From: Octopus vulgaris
Lineage: Eukaryota
Direction: 5' to 3'
Length of the DNA stretch: 64,000 nucleotides
Assembly: GCA_951406725.2 (NCBI GenBank)
Contig: OX597815.1
Coordinates: 194,556,001-194,620,000 of the forward strand
The notes beneath the pieces were generated by a model. The model saw only the letters and a program-made list of their open reading frames with translations. It did not search any database and had not been told where the DNA came from. Below, in pieces: positions 28,239-40,933 of the stretch (the first letter of the stretch is position 1; every line of letters begins with the position of its first letter). The position numbers were made by a program, and so were the translations under genes.

Positions 28239-28560
28239 AAAGCTGAAGATCAGTGAAAGAGAACACCTACGCCGAACTATTGAGAAATCTGCAGTTACGC
28301 TATCCAGATTACAAGTTCAGGTTTATACTTGATATTATTGGGATCCTGGGATCCTGTAACACACTGCCTAAATATCTAAATTTCTTGAGAAATTAGACTT
28401 CTCAAAACCAGAAAGGAGGGAGAAAGCTAATTCGAAGATTACAGATCCAATCAATCACTGGAACTGTAAAAATCTGTAAAACTTCCCAGAAGTTTATCGT
28501 TTAAGTATATATGAGCATGTCTAGATATGCAACTATATGCACGAGAATACGTATATAAAA
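28239..28560 (+). mobile_element. 3' end of an REL-endonuclease LINE inside (CATA)n
   Basis: KLKISE...YAELLRNLQLRYPDYKFRFI..IIG...KLIRRLQIQSITGTVKICKT; (CATA)n on both sides. Confidence 0.7.
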
Positions 28561-29189
28561 CAGACAGATCTTCACATACATACATACATACATACATACA
28601 TACATACATACATACATACATACATACATACATACATACATACATACCTGCATACATACACACACACATACATACTTATATATATATATATATGTATATA
28701 AAAATAAATATAAGAGAATGGTCACTATGTGGCTCATTCTAGCACTAGAAAATCCAAAAGGTTTCAACCACAAAAATACATGTTTCCTATGAAAGTCAGT
28801 ACGATTGTTAGCTCACACGAACAGGGCAAATAAAAAAATAACAAAAATACAGATTATTTTGGGACAATTGTTTCGCTATTAATGAATTAAATGTAATTTT
28901 ACTTACAAAAAACCCACTTGTAGCTCCTCAGCCAAAACTATCTGGATGAAATCCACTCAATCACACGCCAGATTTTACCATAACGATAAATACACGTGTG
29001 GTTCAATTGATTACATCCGACGTTATAATTCAAATGCCCTTACCAACAGCGCGCCAAACTTTCACGGAAACAAGTACTACATTTAGAAATAAATGTAGCA
29101 TAATTATAATTATATATATATGTATATATGTATATATATATTTCTGAATGTAATTATTCAGTTTATTTCAAGATTTCTCGCCATGATAG

Positions 29190-29378
29190 TTCACTAGTGA
29201 CTAAACCTTTTTAAATTTTCTCTCCCAGTTTATTTCTATGTTCCTTTCTTTTGAAGAGTGTAGGCTCGAAGCGTAAAAGGCTTTCTCACTTCCCGAGCGT
29301 TAAACTAATACATCTGTTTGTTGTTTACACACCCGTCTTCATCTTTTGTTTTTTTTCGTTTTTGCAAATTCTCACTAT
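29190..29378 (+). mobile_element. Hammerhead-like family b2, decayed copy
   Basis: gaagagtgtaggctcgaagcgtaaaagg...ctaatacatctg...gtcttcatcttttg. Confidence 0.6.
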
Positions 29379-29382
29379 ATAC

Positions 29383-29436
<54 letters not shown>

Positions 29437-30021
29437 GTGCGTATATATGGAGAGAGAGAGAGAGAGGGTAGGAAAGAGAGAGTGACAGTAAGATTATAGT
29501 GAAGTGGCCATGGATCACGGAGGATCCAACGTTTTAGAGTCTTTCGTCCAGATTAAACATACAAATATGGTGGAAGGAGAACGATTACAGATTACAGAGC
29601 ATTACAACTTCTACCCACTCTCTTTCTCAATACACACACACACACACACACACATGCAGATATATATATGCATAGATATATAAACATACATTAACATGCC
29701 TGTGCGTGCGGAAAATTAAAAAAATTTATCTCTTCTCGATTTCCAATGCATTTATTAATCTCTATTTACACATGTGAAAATACATGAATATGTGCATCTG
29801 GCTCAGCTGTGCGTATGACTGCGCATGTGCACTTACGGTTGTCACCGCCCGAACAGGTTATAAAACATTTCGCTTATTCCTCTGTTACTATTTCAAGTAT
29901 GTTCATCTTTATGGCTATGCTTCTCTAGACATTGGTATGTTGCCAAGCATTTGGGCCAGATTGGCTTATCAATGTCTATGGAAAAGTTTCGTGCAAATAC
30001 CATGATATATTGCACGTGCAG

Positions 30022-30084
<63 letters not shown>

Positions 30085-30115
30085 TTATATATATGTATAT
30101 ATATATATATGTATA

Positions 30116-30213
<98 letters not shown>

Positions 30214-30381
30214 TATGTATGTATATATGTATATATGTGTGTATGTTTGTGCGCGCACGTGTGTGTTTGTATGTATGTTTGTAGTGGCAAGGATGGAAAT
30301 AAAACTTTGAAATATCAACGCGGTTGGAATTATTAATAAAGAAAAGGAATCGTACACATGCATGCTTTTATATCTCTCTCC

Positions 30382-30418
<37 letters not shown>

Positions 30419-30922
30419 CGAAATCCCACATACATATGCAAGTGTGCATATGTACACACATATGTATAACACCTCTGTGTTGCGTGCAATCTGCAAGTCG
30501 GTCTATTTCTCAAGCAGGAACCATTGAACTCTTTGGTGACATGCCAAAAAGGTCTTTTTCCACTCGTTATGGTTTTGCCAATAGTAGCCGCGCAGATAAA
30601 GCCTTCTTATTTCCTGGCCTATTTGCGTTCAAATCCACGCTGCAGAAATATTCAATTGATTACTTTTTTTTTTTTCAGTTCGTGGTTCGGGCATTTACTG
30701 TTCTTTTTAGCATTTAAGGTATTCTGTTTAGGGTCACATCTTTTGTGTATAAATGTACACTAATTTTACATGAAAAATATTTTGTATATTGACTATTTTA
30801 TGCATGCTAGCCACTGGTAGAAAATTTTCTGTAAATTGCCTACCCTATATATATTTTCTATATATTTATATACACCCACATATATATACTTGCATACATA
30901 CATATATGTAATTATATATATA

Positions 30923-31298
30923 CTAGCAGTATCGCCCGGCGTTGCTCAGGTTTGTAAGGGAAATAACTATAAAGCATTTTTAGAGAGTTATAGCCAAAAA
31001 ATAGCAAAAAAATGGGAAAAAATGATGGTAAATTTTTTTTTTAGTTAAAAAAGGTGGAGTTGCGTCCCCTAGACAGTTTGTGTTTCTGATTCTGGATCCC
31101 ATGTCGAATTTATCGATTTTTTTCAGAACTGGGGGAACTTTTCAAAATTTTCGCTGCGTTAGTTTTGAATTATGACATTGGGCTATGTGTGTGTCAAGTT
31201 TCATCAGAATCGGTTGAAAGCCGTGGTCAGGGTGAAGGTACAAGCAAACAGACACACAGAAACACGCACAGACAAACTGCCGTTTATATATAGAGAGA
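30923..31298 (-). mobile_element. Non-autonomous Helitron, copy 1
   Basis: Minus strand 5' TC(TCTCTATATATAAACGGCAG), 3' hairpin cctgagcaacgccggg then CTAG. Inserted between A and T with no TSD. Near-identical to 48696-49075. Confidence 0.8.
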
Positions 31299-31317
31299 TG
31301 TATATGTATATATATAC

Positions 31318-31351
<34 letters not shown>

Positions 31352-31756
31352 TTGTGTTTGTGTGGTACGCAGCAATTTCTGAATTATGTTTATGTAATTC
31401 TCTGCTAGATGGACAGATAACCGTATTTTGATAGCCCCCCCCCAAAATATCACAATCTAGTAAACACGCAGAGGTATATATATATATATACGTACGCATG
31501 TATACCTCCCTGAGCGAATGTATGTGTTTGTGTGTGTGTGTATGTATTTGTGTGTGTGTGCTTGTGTGTCTGTCTGACAAGTTCCTTAAGTCCGTATCGT
31601 TATCTTTTGATTGTGCGATATAATATATAACATTTATCCTATTTATTCCCGCATTATGTAACCCGTCTTTACATAATTTTGACTGTTCACTGATTCAGAA
31701 TTCCATCCTGCGTAAGTGCTCCCACAACAACACAAGATTTTCACATTCATAGACGC

Positions 31757-32189
31757 ATACATACATACATAAATACATACATACATACATATATACAAAC
31801 ATACATTCATACATACATACATACATACATACGTATGTACGTACATACATACATACATACATACATACATACATACATACATACGTACGTACGTACGTAC
31901 GTACATACATACATACGTACATACATACATACATACATACGTACGTACGTACATACATACATACATACATACATACGTACATACATACATACATACATAC
32001 ATACATACATACATAAATACATACATACATACATACGTACATACATACATACATACGTACATACATACATACATACATACGTACATACGTACATACATAC
32101 ATAAATATATACATACATACATACATACATATATAAATACATACATACATACGTACATACATACATACATACGTACATACATATATAAA

Positions 32190-32223
<34 letters not shown>

Positions 32224-32245
32224 AATACATAGATACATACATACA

Positions 32246-32279
<34 letters not shown>

Positions 32280-32632
32280 AATACATACACATATACATAC
32301 GTACATACATACATACATACGTACATACATACATACATATATAAATACATACATACAAACATAAATACATACACACATACATAAATACATACATACATGC
32401 ATACATACATACGTACATACATACATACATACATAAATACATACATACATACATACATACATACATACATACATACATACATACATACATACATACATAC
32501 ATACATACATACATACATACCTACATACATATATAAATACATACATACATACATACATACATACATACATACACATGCACATACATATATACATACACAT
32601 ACACACACATACATAGATTCATACATACATAC
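31757..32632. repeat. ~870 bp (CATA)n microsatellite with CGTA/AATA variants
   Basis: Read directly from the sequence; explains the 340-aa pseudo-ORF. Confidence 0.95.
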
Positions 32633-32907
32633 AAAAATACCCTGTTGTTGATGTTGAAATTCCAATGAAGGGGCCTTGGATCTAGGTTAGAAACCGGTTC
32701 TTTCTCTATTGGCAAGAAATTTTGAAATAAGCTGAATAATGACATACTTACATACATACATGCATACATACATACGTACGTACATACATACATACATACA
32801 TAATATATACATGCATGCCTGCATACATACACATTCACATACATATATACATACATAGATACATACATACATAGATATTATCCCTTAGTTGTAATGACAT
32901 ACATAGA

Positions 32908-33110
32908 GTTAATCTAAACAAGAAAGCACCAAAAACTCAACACGAGGACGTGGAACTAATATAGTATTATTGGACGCTCAGGAAAGAAGAAAAGAAGGAG
33001 GGTTTAACGTTTCGAGCGGAGCTCTTCGTCGGAAACATAGAAGGAAAGATTCAGAGAAGGGAAGACAGAGGGAAAAAATCCCCAACGGTATACACGTGGT
33101 CACATTTTGA
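32908..33110 (-). mobile_element. Hammerhead family b1 element
   Basis: Homologous to 16196 and 41341. Confidence 0.7.
33002..33036 (-). ncRNA. Minimal type I hammerhead-like motif (U4C core variant)
   Basis: GTTT-CCGACGA-A-GAGC-tcc-GCTC-GAAA-CG-TT-AAAC: stems I and II pair and stem III is the palindrome AACGTT. Confidence 0.6.
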
Positions 33111-33130
33111 ATACATACATACATACATAC

Positions 33131-33485
33131 TTGGGATAGAGAAGAGAAACTTGTACAGTTGTGTAAATTACCTGTCCAGTGGATGTTAACTTAAAGCTGA
33201 AGGTGAGTGAAGAGAACAACTACGCTGAACTATTGAGAAATCTGTAGTTACTCTATCCTGGTTACAAGTTCAGTTTTATACCTGTAATTATTGGGATTCT
33301 GGGATATGTAACAGAATGCCTAGATACCAATCTTGAGAAATTAGGTTTCTCAGCACCAGAAAGGAGAAAGCTAATTCAATCACTGGACCTGTAAAAATCT
33401 GTAAATCCATCCAAAAGTTTTTCATTTAAATATATATGAGTATGTCTAGATATGTAACTATATGCATGAAAATACAAACATAAAA
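33131..33485 (+). mobile_element. 3' end of an REL-endonuclease LINE after (CATA)n, the longest of three copies
   Basis: WDREEK...ITCPVDVNLKLKVSEENNYAELLRNL.LLYPGYKFSFIPVIIG.LGYVT, an REL-domain-like C-terminus. Confidence 0.7.
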
Positions 33486-33594
33486 CAAAATATACAAATC
33501 TGCACATATATAGATAGCTAGGTAGATAGATGCTTTGCCTTCATCAGTGGAATACACTCAGATAGCACATAAATACATACATACATACATAGAT

Positions 33595-33817
<223 letters not shown>

Positions 33818-34552
33818 CAACATACGATATACTTACATATACAAATGTATACATACATATATATGCACGTATGTAAGCAAAGCATTTCTTATGCAAAGCC
33901 AGAAATTCGGGATCTGGAATTGTCCAGTAATTTTTTGTTAGTTTCTTTTGTCACTTTGTCTATATATATATATATATATATATGCAACATTTTCTCGGCG
34001 CGCAACAAATTTCCATATATGTTTGCGGCTGTGAAAGTATCTACCCAACACTTCTGCTTCTTCATGATCCAGTTGAGGAAACTTGCATACAATTTAGGAC
34101 TATTACGCAGTATGAAGAGCGCATTCAATATAAGAGAATAACAGGGTGTTAATTGCTGGTATTTTTATCTTGTGTGTGTGTGGGGGGTGTCCAAACGAAA
34201 TATCAGCAATTTTCTTCCTGTTATTTTCTCATATAAAGTGTTGATTAAAAATTCGTTACGTGCAGCAGAAGCAGTGTAAGATTAAATTACCAATCATTGT
34301 ATTATATGTAATAGAAATACATCACAGAAGGCATATATATATATTAGCACGATTTTGTTAGCGATTATACTTTTCTGATGAAACGCCAGAAAAGTAGAAT
34401 TATGTAAATAGCATTTACATCATCACTTTTGCACGATTAGTTTGTGTTATTTAAACGCTGTATTCCAAAGAAGGTATTATCTCTGGACGACTACCGCAAT
34501 AATGTATTTGCATTGAGTAAGGTGCGTATATTGCTATTTTAAACTAATACTG

Positions 34553-34706
34553 CATTTACATTATTTACATTATTTACATTCGACGGATATTTGTCCTCAT
34601 CTTGTTTGTTCTTAACACAACGTTTCGGCTGATATACCCTCCAACCTTCTTCAGGAGTCTTGGCGAAATTTCGAACCTGGGTTCTCATTTCTAAGGTATT
34701 TTTCTA

Positions 34707-34764
<58 letters not shown>

Positions 34765-34854
34765 TTTATTGTCATTGTTCAGGTCACTGCTTGGAATCGA
34801 ACTCGGAATCTTGAGGTTAGTAGCCCGTGCTCCTAACCACTACACCATATGCCC
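34553..34854 (-). mobile_element. Composite element: tRNA-like Pol III head + (AAT)n + hammerhead-bearing tail
   Basis: Minus strand has A box TGGTGTAGTGG and B box GAGTTCGATTCC (34781-34854), then CTGAAGA-A-GGTTG...CAGCC-GAAACGTT-GTGTT and (AATGTAAAT)n. Confidence 0.7.
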
Positions 34855-35042
34855 GTGGGCATATAGCATAGTGGCTCATATTGGTAATTTAATCTTACAC
34901 TGTTTCTGTTGCACGTAACACATTTTTAATCAACACTTTATATGGGAAAATAACAGTAAGGAAATTGCTGATATTTCGTTTAGACGCGCCCCCCTCCCAA
35001 ATACCAGCAATTAACCCCCTGTTATTCTCTTATATTCCCCAA

Positions 35043-35088
35043 AACACCTGAAGAAGGCTGGAGGGTATATCAGCCGAAACGTTGTGTT
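35043..35088 (+). ncRNA. Minimal type I hammerhead ribozyme
   Basis: AACAC-CTGAAGA-A-GGCTG-(10 nt)-CAGCC-GAAA-CG-TT-GTGTT: stem I 5 bp, stem II 5 bp, palindromic AACGTT, GUU site. Confidence 0.75.
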
Positions 35089-35186
35089 AACAACAAACAA
35101 GATGAGGACAAATATACGTCGAATGTAAATAATGTAAATGATGTAAATAATTCCTCATCTCTTAAATATAGAACAATACTGCATTT

Positions 35187-35578
35187 GTTGCGCGTAACAA
35201 ATGTTACTGGGCGCCACTGCGTGGTGCCAAGGACTCCAAATTTGCCATCAAGATGTAGGACAAGATACTGTGATAGCCTGGGCTTCAGAGGCCCACAGCT
35301 CTTCAATATCCTCCCGAAGAACCTGAGGGACCTGCATGGGGTGGATGCAGATGTCTTTAAAATAAAACTGGATCTCTTCCTGTCAGGTATCCCAGATGAA
35401 CCAACTTCACGACAGGAGGTGCAGATGAGGGCAGCTGCATCGAACTATCTCATGCACCAAATGGCAGTTGCTAAAAAGCATTTGTGAAGTAAAATCATGT
35501 AGCAACACCAAATGGCGGTGCCCCAGCATGGCCACAGCTCGTGAGCTGAAACTAGATAAAATAAAATAAAAAATAAAA
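35187..35578 (+). mobile_element. CR1-like LINE 3' end with 3' UTR hairpin and (TAAAA)n tail
   Basis: ORF 35185-35487 has SLGFRGPQLFNILPKNLR...FKIKLDLFLSGIPDEP; 3' UTR ggcggtgccccagcatggccacagctcgtgagctgaaac. Confidence 0.85.
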
Positions 35579-36049
35579 GGCCGGCTAATTGCAACACCAG
35601 TAATACTTTAACCGCTGTTTTTCTATACCAGTGGTAATAGATTTTGTCTTGGTATGCACTTTCCTGCGGGTACAAGCTGCTAACAGAGCAACAATGCACA
35701 TATAGCATTCCCAGAACCGTTGCTCGACGATTTTCGTTTGCTGTCCATATTTTCAGTTTTGCAGTTTAACCGTATATTCAAAACAAAATATAATCTCCAG
35801 GTGAATTCCCAAGTTTACTAGATTTTTCGTGATGTATTTGCATTTAGTATGATACACAGATTGCTATACTACTTCTGTTGCGCATAATGAAAATACACAC
35901 ACACACACATCCACCCCTCCCTCTCCCTCTCTCTGTCTTTCTCATACACACGCGTATATATCTATATGAACGATGATAATGATGATAGTGTTAAAAGGAG
36001 AAAACGAGGAAGATAGTGACAATGACGATGACGACAATGATGGCGGTGA

Positions 36050-36108
36050 TATGGATGTAATGATGACGACGACGATGACGATTATGATGATGGTAATGAT
36101 ATCGATGA

Positions 36109-36163
<55 letters not shown>

Positions 36164-36280
36164 GTGATGGTGATGATGATGGTGATGATGATGGTGATGA
36201 TGATGGTGATGATGATGATGATGGTGATGATGGTGATGACGATAATGATGATGATGGTGACGATGATGATAATGATAATG

Positions 36281-36312
<32 letters not shown>

Positions 36313-36545
36313 GATGGTGATGATGATGGTGATGATGATAATGATGATGATGATGATGATGGTGATGATGATAATGATGATGATGATGATGGTGATGATG
36401 ATGGTGATGATGGTGATGATGATGATGATGGTGATGATGGTGATGATGATGATGATGGTGACGATGATGATAATGATAATGATGATGATGATGATGATGG
36501 TGATGTTGATGATGATGGTGATGATGATGATAATGATGATGATGT
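36050..36545. repeat. (GAT)n microsatellite with GGT variants
   Basis: Read directly from the sequence. Confidence 0.95.
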
Positions 36546-36639
36546 GTGTGTGTCTGTTTTCTGAGAAATGCATGATGTAGCAGAGTACATTACCAATATT
36601 ATTTGTAACATGCAAAATAAACCAGATGCATAACTATCG

Positions 36640-38130
36640 GTTTCGAATTTTGACACAACGCCAGCAATTTCAGAGGCGAGGTAAGTCGGTTATATCGAGG
36701 CAAGTTTCAACTAATTCTTATTCTATCCACACACCACAACGGATGAAACGTAAAGAATCGACGCCGGCAGAATTTAAACTCAGAACCTAAAGCACGAAGA
36801 AAAGCTGCTATGCATTTCGCCCCACCATCTTGCCATCTAGTCGCCTTAACAGAAATATAAATACTAATCATCTATTTCAAATTTTAGGACAAGTCCAGCA
36901 ATGTTAGGTGTGGGGCAAGTCGATTAGATCGACCTCAGTACTCAACTGGTATATATTTTATCGACCCCAAAACATTGAAAGGAAACGTCAAACCTAGCGG
37001 TATTTGAACTTAGAACTTAGAACGTAGATTCGACAGAAATGCCGCTAAGCATCACTCCCCGCATGGTAACGATTCTGCCAGCTCACCGCTTTCAGAAGAA
37101 TAAATATTCTTTTCTACTCTAAGCACAATGCCCAAAATTTTTGGGGAGAGGTTAACACCTTTAGATCGGCCCCAGGACGCAAATGTACTTAATTTATCAA
37201 CCCCGAAAGGATGAAAAACAAAGTCGACGTCGGTGGAATTTGAACTGAGAACATAAAGACAGACGAAATACCTATTTCTTTACTAACCACAAGAGGACTA
37301 AGCACAGAGAAGACAAACAAGGACTGACAAACGGATTAAGTCGATTATATCGACCCCAGTGTGTAAATGGTACTTATTTAATCGCCCCCGAAAAGATGAA
37401 AGGCAAAGTCGACCTCGGTGGAATTTGAACTCAGAACGTAACGGCAGACGAAAAACCGCTAAGCATTTCGCCCGGCGTGCTAACGTTTCTACCAGCTCAA
37501 ACTTTCAGGAGTATAAATATTCTTTTCTACTCTAGGCACAAGTCCCAAAACTTCGGAGGGAGGGGTCCACTCGATTAGATCGACCCCCAGGACGCAGTGG
37601 TACTTATTTTATCAACCTCGAAAAGATGAAATGCAAAGTCGACGTCGGTGGAATTTGAACTGAGAACATAAAGACAGACGAAATACCTATTTCTTTATTG
37701 CCCACAAGAGGCTAAACACAGAGGAGACAAACAAGGACAGACAAACGGATTAAGTCGATTATATCGACCCCATTGCGTAACTGGTACTTAATTTATCGAC
37801 CCCGAAAGGATGAAAGGCAAAGTCGACCTCGGCGGAATTTGAACTCAGAACGTAGCGGCAGACGTAATACAGCTAAGCATTTCGCCCGGCGTGCTAACGA
37901 TTCTGCCAGCTTACCACTTTCAGGAGAACAATATTTTTTTCTAAGCACAAGGCCCGAAATTTTTTGTGGGATGGGACCACTCGATAGGTCGATCCCAGGA
38001 TGCAAATGGTACTTATTTTATCCCGAAAAGATGAATAGCAAAGTCGACCTCGGCGGAATTTGAACTAAGAAAGTAAACTCAGACGAAATACCGCTAAGCA
38101 TTTCACTCGGCGTGCTAACGTTTCTGCCTT
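36640..38130 (-). mobile_element. Tandem array of SINE family A units
   Basis: About five successive head-core-tail units separated by a recurring spacer ttcag(a/g)ag.ataaatatt. Confidence 0.8.
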
Positions 38131-38619
38131 CAGAAGAATAAATATTAATTATTAATCATATTGGCACTGAATCTGTTTATCCAGGTGTAATGAAAAGAAC
38201 GGTAATGAATGTACTTCCAGCTGATTGAGGCATGTAACGCCGGTAATATGGAGACGTTTGTTTACATTCCAATTTCAAATTTCGTCGAGGTTGAAATAGA
38301 ATGCAAAAACAGAAAGTAACACATGTTAGTACCACATAATTAATTTGTTAGATATTCTATTTATTCTGCCATTGCAACGCTGTGCTATTGTGCACTGTGG
38401 AGATGTCGTACATGGTGTCTGACATAAGATCGCATATTAATTTGGAGAGAACGTTGCAGAGTATACGCCCAAGTACAAGAATGCTTTTTATTTTAACGAC
38501 CTTTGATGAGATGAAAAGCAGAGCTCATCTTGTCGGGATTAGAACGCAGATGTCCAGGAGAAGCAGTTAAATAATCCTAGGCAATTTTGATTGGCGTATT
38601 AGTGATTATGGATTTCGAC

Positions 38620-39175
38620 AAGGCGGCGAGCTGGCGGCAGCCCGGGCGAAATTCGTAGCCATATTTCATCTGCCTTACGTTCTGAGTTCAAATTCCACCG
38701 AGGTCGACTTTGCCTTTCATCCTTTCGGGGTCGATAAATTAAATACAGTTACGAACTGGGGTCGATGTTATCGACTTGATCCGTTTGTCTGTCCTTGTTT
38801 GTCCCCTCTGTGTGTTTGTCCCTTGTGGGTAGTAAAGAAATAGGTATTTCGCCTGCCGTTACGTTCTGAGTTCAAATTCCACCGAGGTCGACTTTGCCTT
38901 TCATCCTTTTGGGGTCGATAAATTAAGTACCAGTTACACACTGGGGTCGATCTAATCGGCTTAATCCGTTTGTCTGTCCTTGTTTGTCCTCTCTGTGTTT
39001 AGCCCTTGTGGGTAGTAAAGAAATAGGTATTTCGTCTGCCGTTACGTTCTTAGTTGAAATTCCACCGAGGTCGACTTTGCCTTTCGGGGTCGATAAATTA
39101 AGTACCAGTTGCGTACTGGGTCGACTGGCCCCCTCCGCCAAAATATCGGGCTTTGTGCCTAGAGTAGAAAAGATT
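38620..39175 (+). mobile_element. SINE family A, trimeric copy
   Basis: One head and three gaggtcgactttgcctttc cores. Confidence 0.8.
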
Positions 39176-39559
39176 ATGGTGTTCGAAACTTAACAATAAG
39201 AGCGCTGCTGCTGCTGCTGATGATGTTGGTAATGGTAATAAGGAAGAGGAGAATTATGAAAATGATGATGATGACGATGACGATGACGATGGTGGTGGTA
39301 GTAGTCGTGATCAATAATGGTGGAAATCACGTGGCTGTTGCCGTGAGGCGAGACAGGAAAAGAGATTTTTATAGTATGAGAGTCAGTTTCGGTGATGATT
39401 ATTTTCTGAAATTTGAGAATTATAAGTTTCGAATGTAAATATTACTTGAAATAAAATCAAAATATAAAATGAAATTTTCAATAAAAATAGCCTTTTTTAT
39501 CGATTTAGAAAAAAAAAAGTAACAAATTGCAAAAAATACAATAATAACGATAATAGTTT

Positions 39560-39845
39560 CTGATTTTAGCATAAGGCAAGCAATTTTGAAGGGAGGGGTT
39601 TAGTCAAAACATCGATCCCTGTTCCTTATTTGTTATTTCTTTATTGCCCACAAGTGGCTAGACATAGAGGGGAGAAACAAAGGGATTTAGTCGATTACAT
39701 CGACCCCAGTGTTAAACTGGTACTTAATTTATCGACCCCGAAAGGATGAAAGGCAAAGTCGACTTCGGCGGAATTTGAACTCAGAACGAATACCGCTAAG
39801 CATTTTGCCCAGCGTGCTAAAGTTTCTGCCAACTCGCCGCCTTAC
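39560..39845 (-). mobile_element. SINE family A (nested in an older copy)
   Basis: Family A core on the minus strand; acatcgatcc repeated on both sides. Confidence 0.7.
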
Positions 39846-40075
39846 ATCGATCCTTGTTCCTGGCTCGTATTTTATTTCATCGAATCCAAAAGGGTGAACG
39901 TAAAAATTGTCTACCTCAGTATTTGAGCTCAGATATATATATATATATTATTTAATATATTAATCAATCTTTAATCTTTAAGTAGTTTCTGCTACAAAGC
40001 TGCGGTCATGCTGGGGCATCAACGTTGTCTGTGCTACACCATTATTTGAAACATCCTCTGAAATGTGGAATTTGG

Positions 40076-40365
40076 TAAAAATCCAAGGCTGTGAAAGGTT
40101 TCAGAACATTTACAAATAGAAGGTCTTACAGCTGTTTCCGGGATATTTTATATATCCTTTCATCGGAGTCGGTGTGAGAAAATGGTTAAGCAATAGTTAT
40201 TCTAGAGAAGATATTAAATAGAGAGTGAAGTGGAGGAATGGAAATAGACGTGAGTTATGCAGGGATACTGCATCTGTAGTTCATTATATAGACAGAATGG
40301 TAACGGAAACAGCTGTAAGATCTATTTATAAATGTTCCGAAATCTTTCACAGCTTTGGATTTTTA
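40076..40365. repeat. Imperfect inverted repeat (40076-40140 / 40304-40365) with a hammerhead-like motif on the minus strand at 40124-40170
   Basis: Minus strand CCGATGA-A-AGGATAT-ataaa-ATATCCC-G-GAAA-CAGCTG-TA. Confidence 0.65.
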
Positions 40366-40531
40366 TCTCATTGTATTATTTTCTTTATGTGTACATATGC
40401 TGATATATGACCAATGTTGGACTCGTCATTCGTATAATCGCCGAACCTGGAGCTTAACTATAGTCAGTCCATAGCTCTTGCTCACCATTACCTAACACCT
40501 CTGGGTCTTATTGACACCATTACCTCTCATA

Positions 40532-40592
<61 letters not shown>

Positions 40593-40599
40593 GATATAT

Positions 40600-40713
40600 A
40601 TACGATATAATGTATATTTATACACATAAGGAATCCACTTGTAGGGAATTTACCACATGTTGAATTCCCTACAAGTAGATTCCTTATGTGTATAAATATA
40701 CACTATATCGTAT
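40600..40713. repeat. Short fold-back (about 50-bp arms, 12-nt spacer) next to (TA)n
   Basis: atacgatata...aaggaatccacttgtagggaatt / aattccctacaagtagattcctt...tatatcgtat. Confidence 0.85.
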
Positions 40714-40830
40714 GACTAATATATAGTCTTCTTGACTAATTTTTTTTTGCACGTTAGACCACTGGAAATGTAAATTTTGATTGAATGTTTTAATTTTAAT
40801 TAAATTCCATTTCCCTTTGACATGATTAAA

Positions 40831-40933
<103 letters not shown>

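Noticed and set aside
30520-30660. Possible host exon (relatively complex sequence)
   Set aside because: No recognisable protein motif or consistent splice pair; cannot be supported without transcript data
31643-32665. 340-aa and other long ORFs (also 35991-36656, 51754-52428, 55414-56067, 2837-3352)
   Set aside because: They are translations of microsatellites that lack stop codons in some frames; no coding signal
36640-38130. CRISPR-like repeat-spacer array
   Set aside because: Units are hundreds of bp of SINE sequence in eukaryotic DNA, with no unique spacers or cas genes
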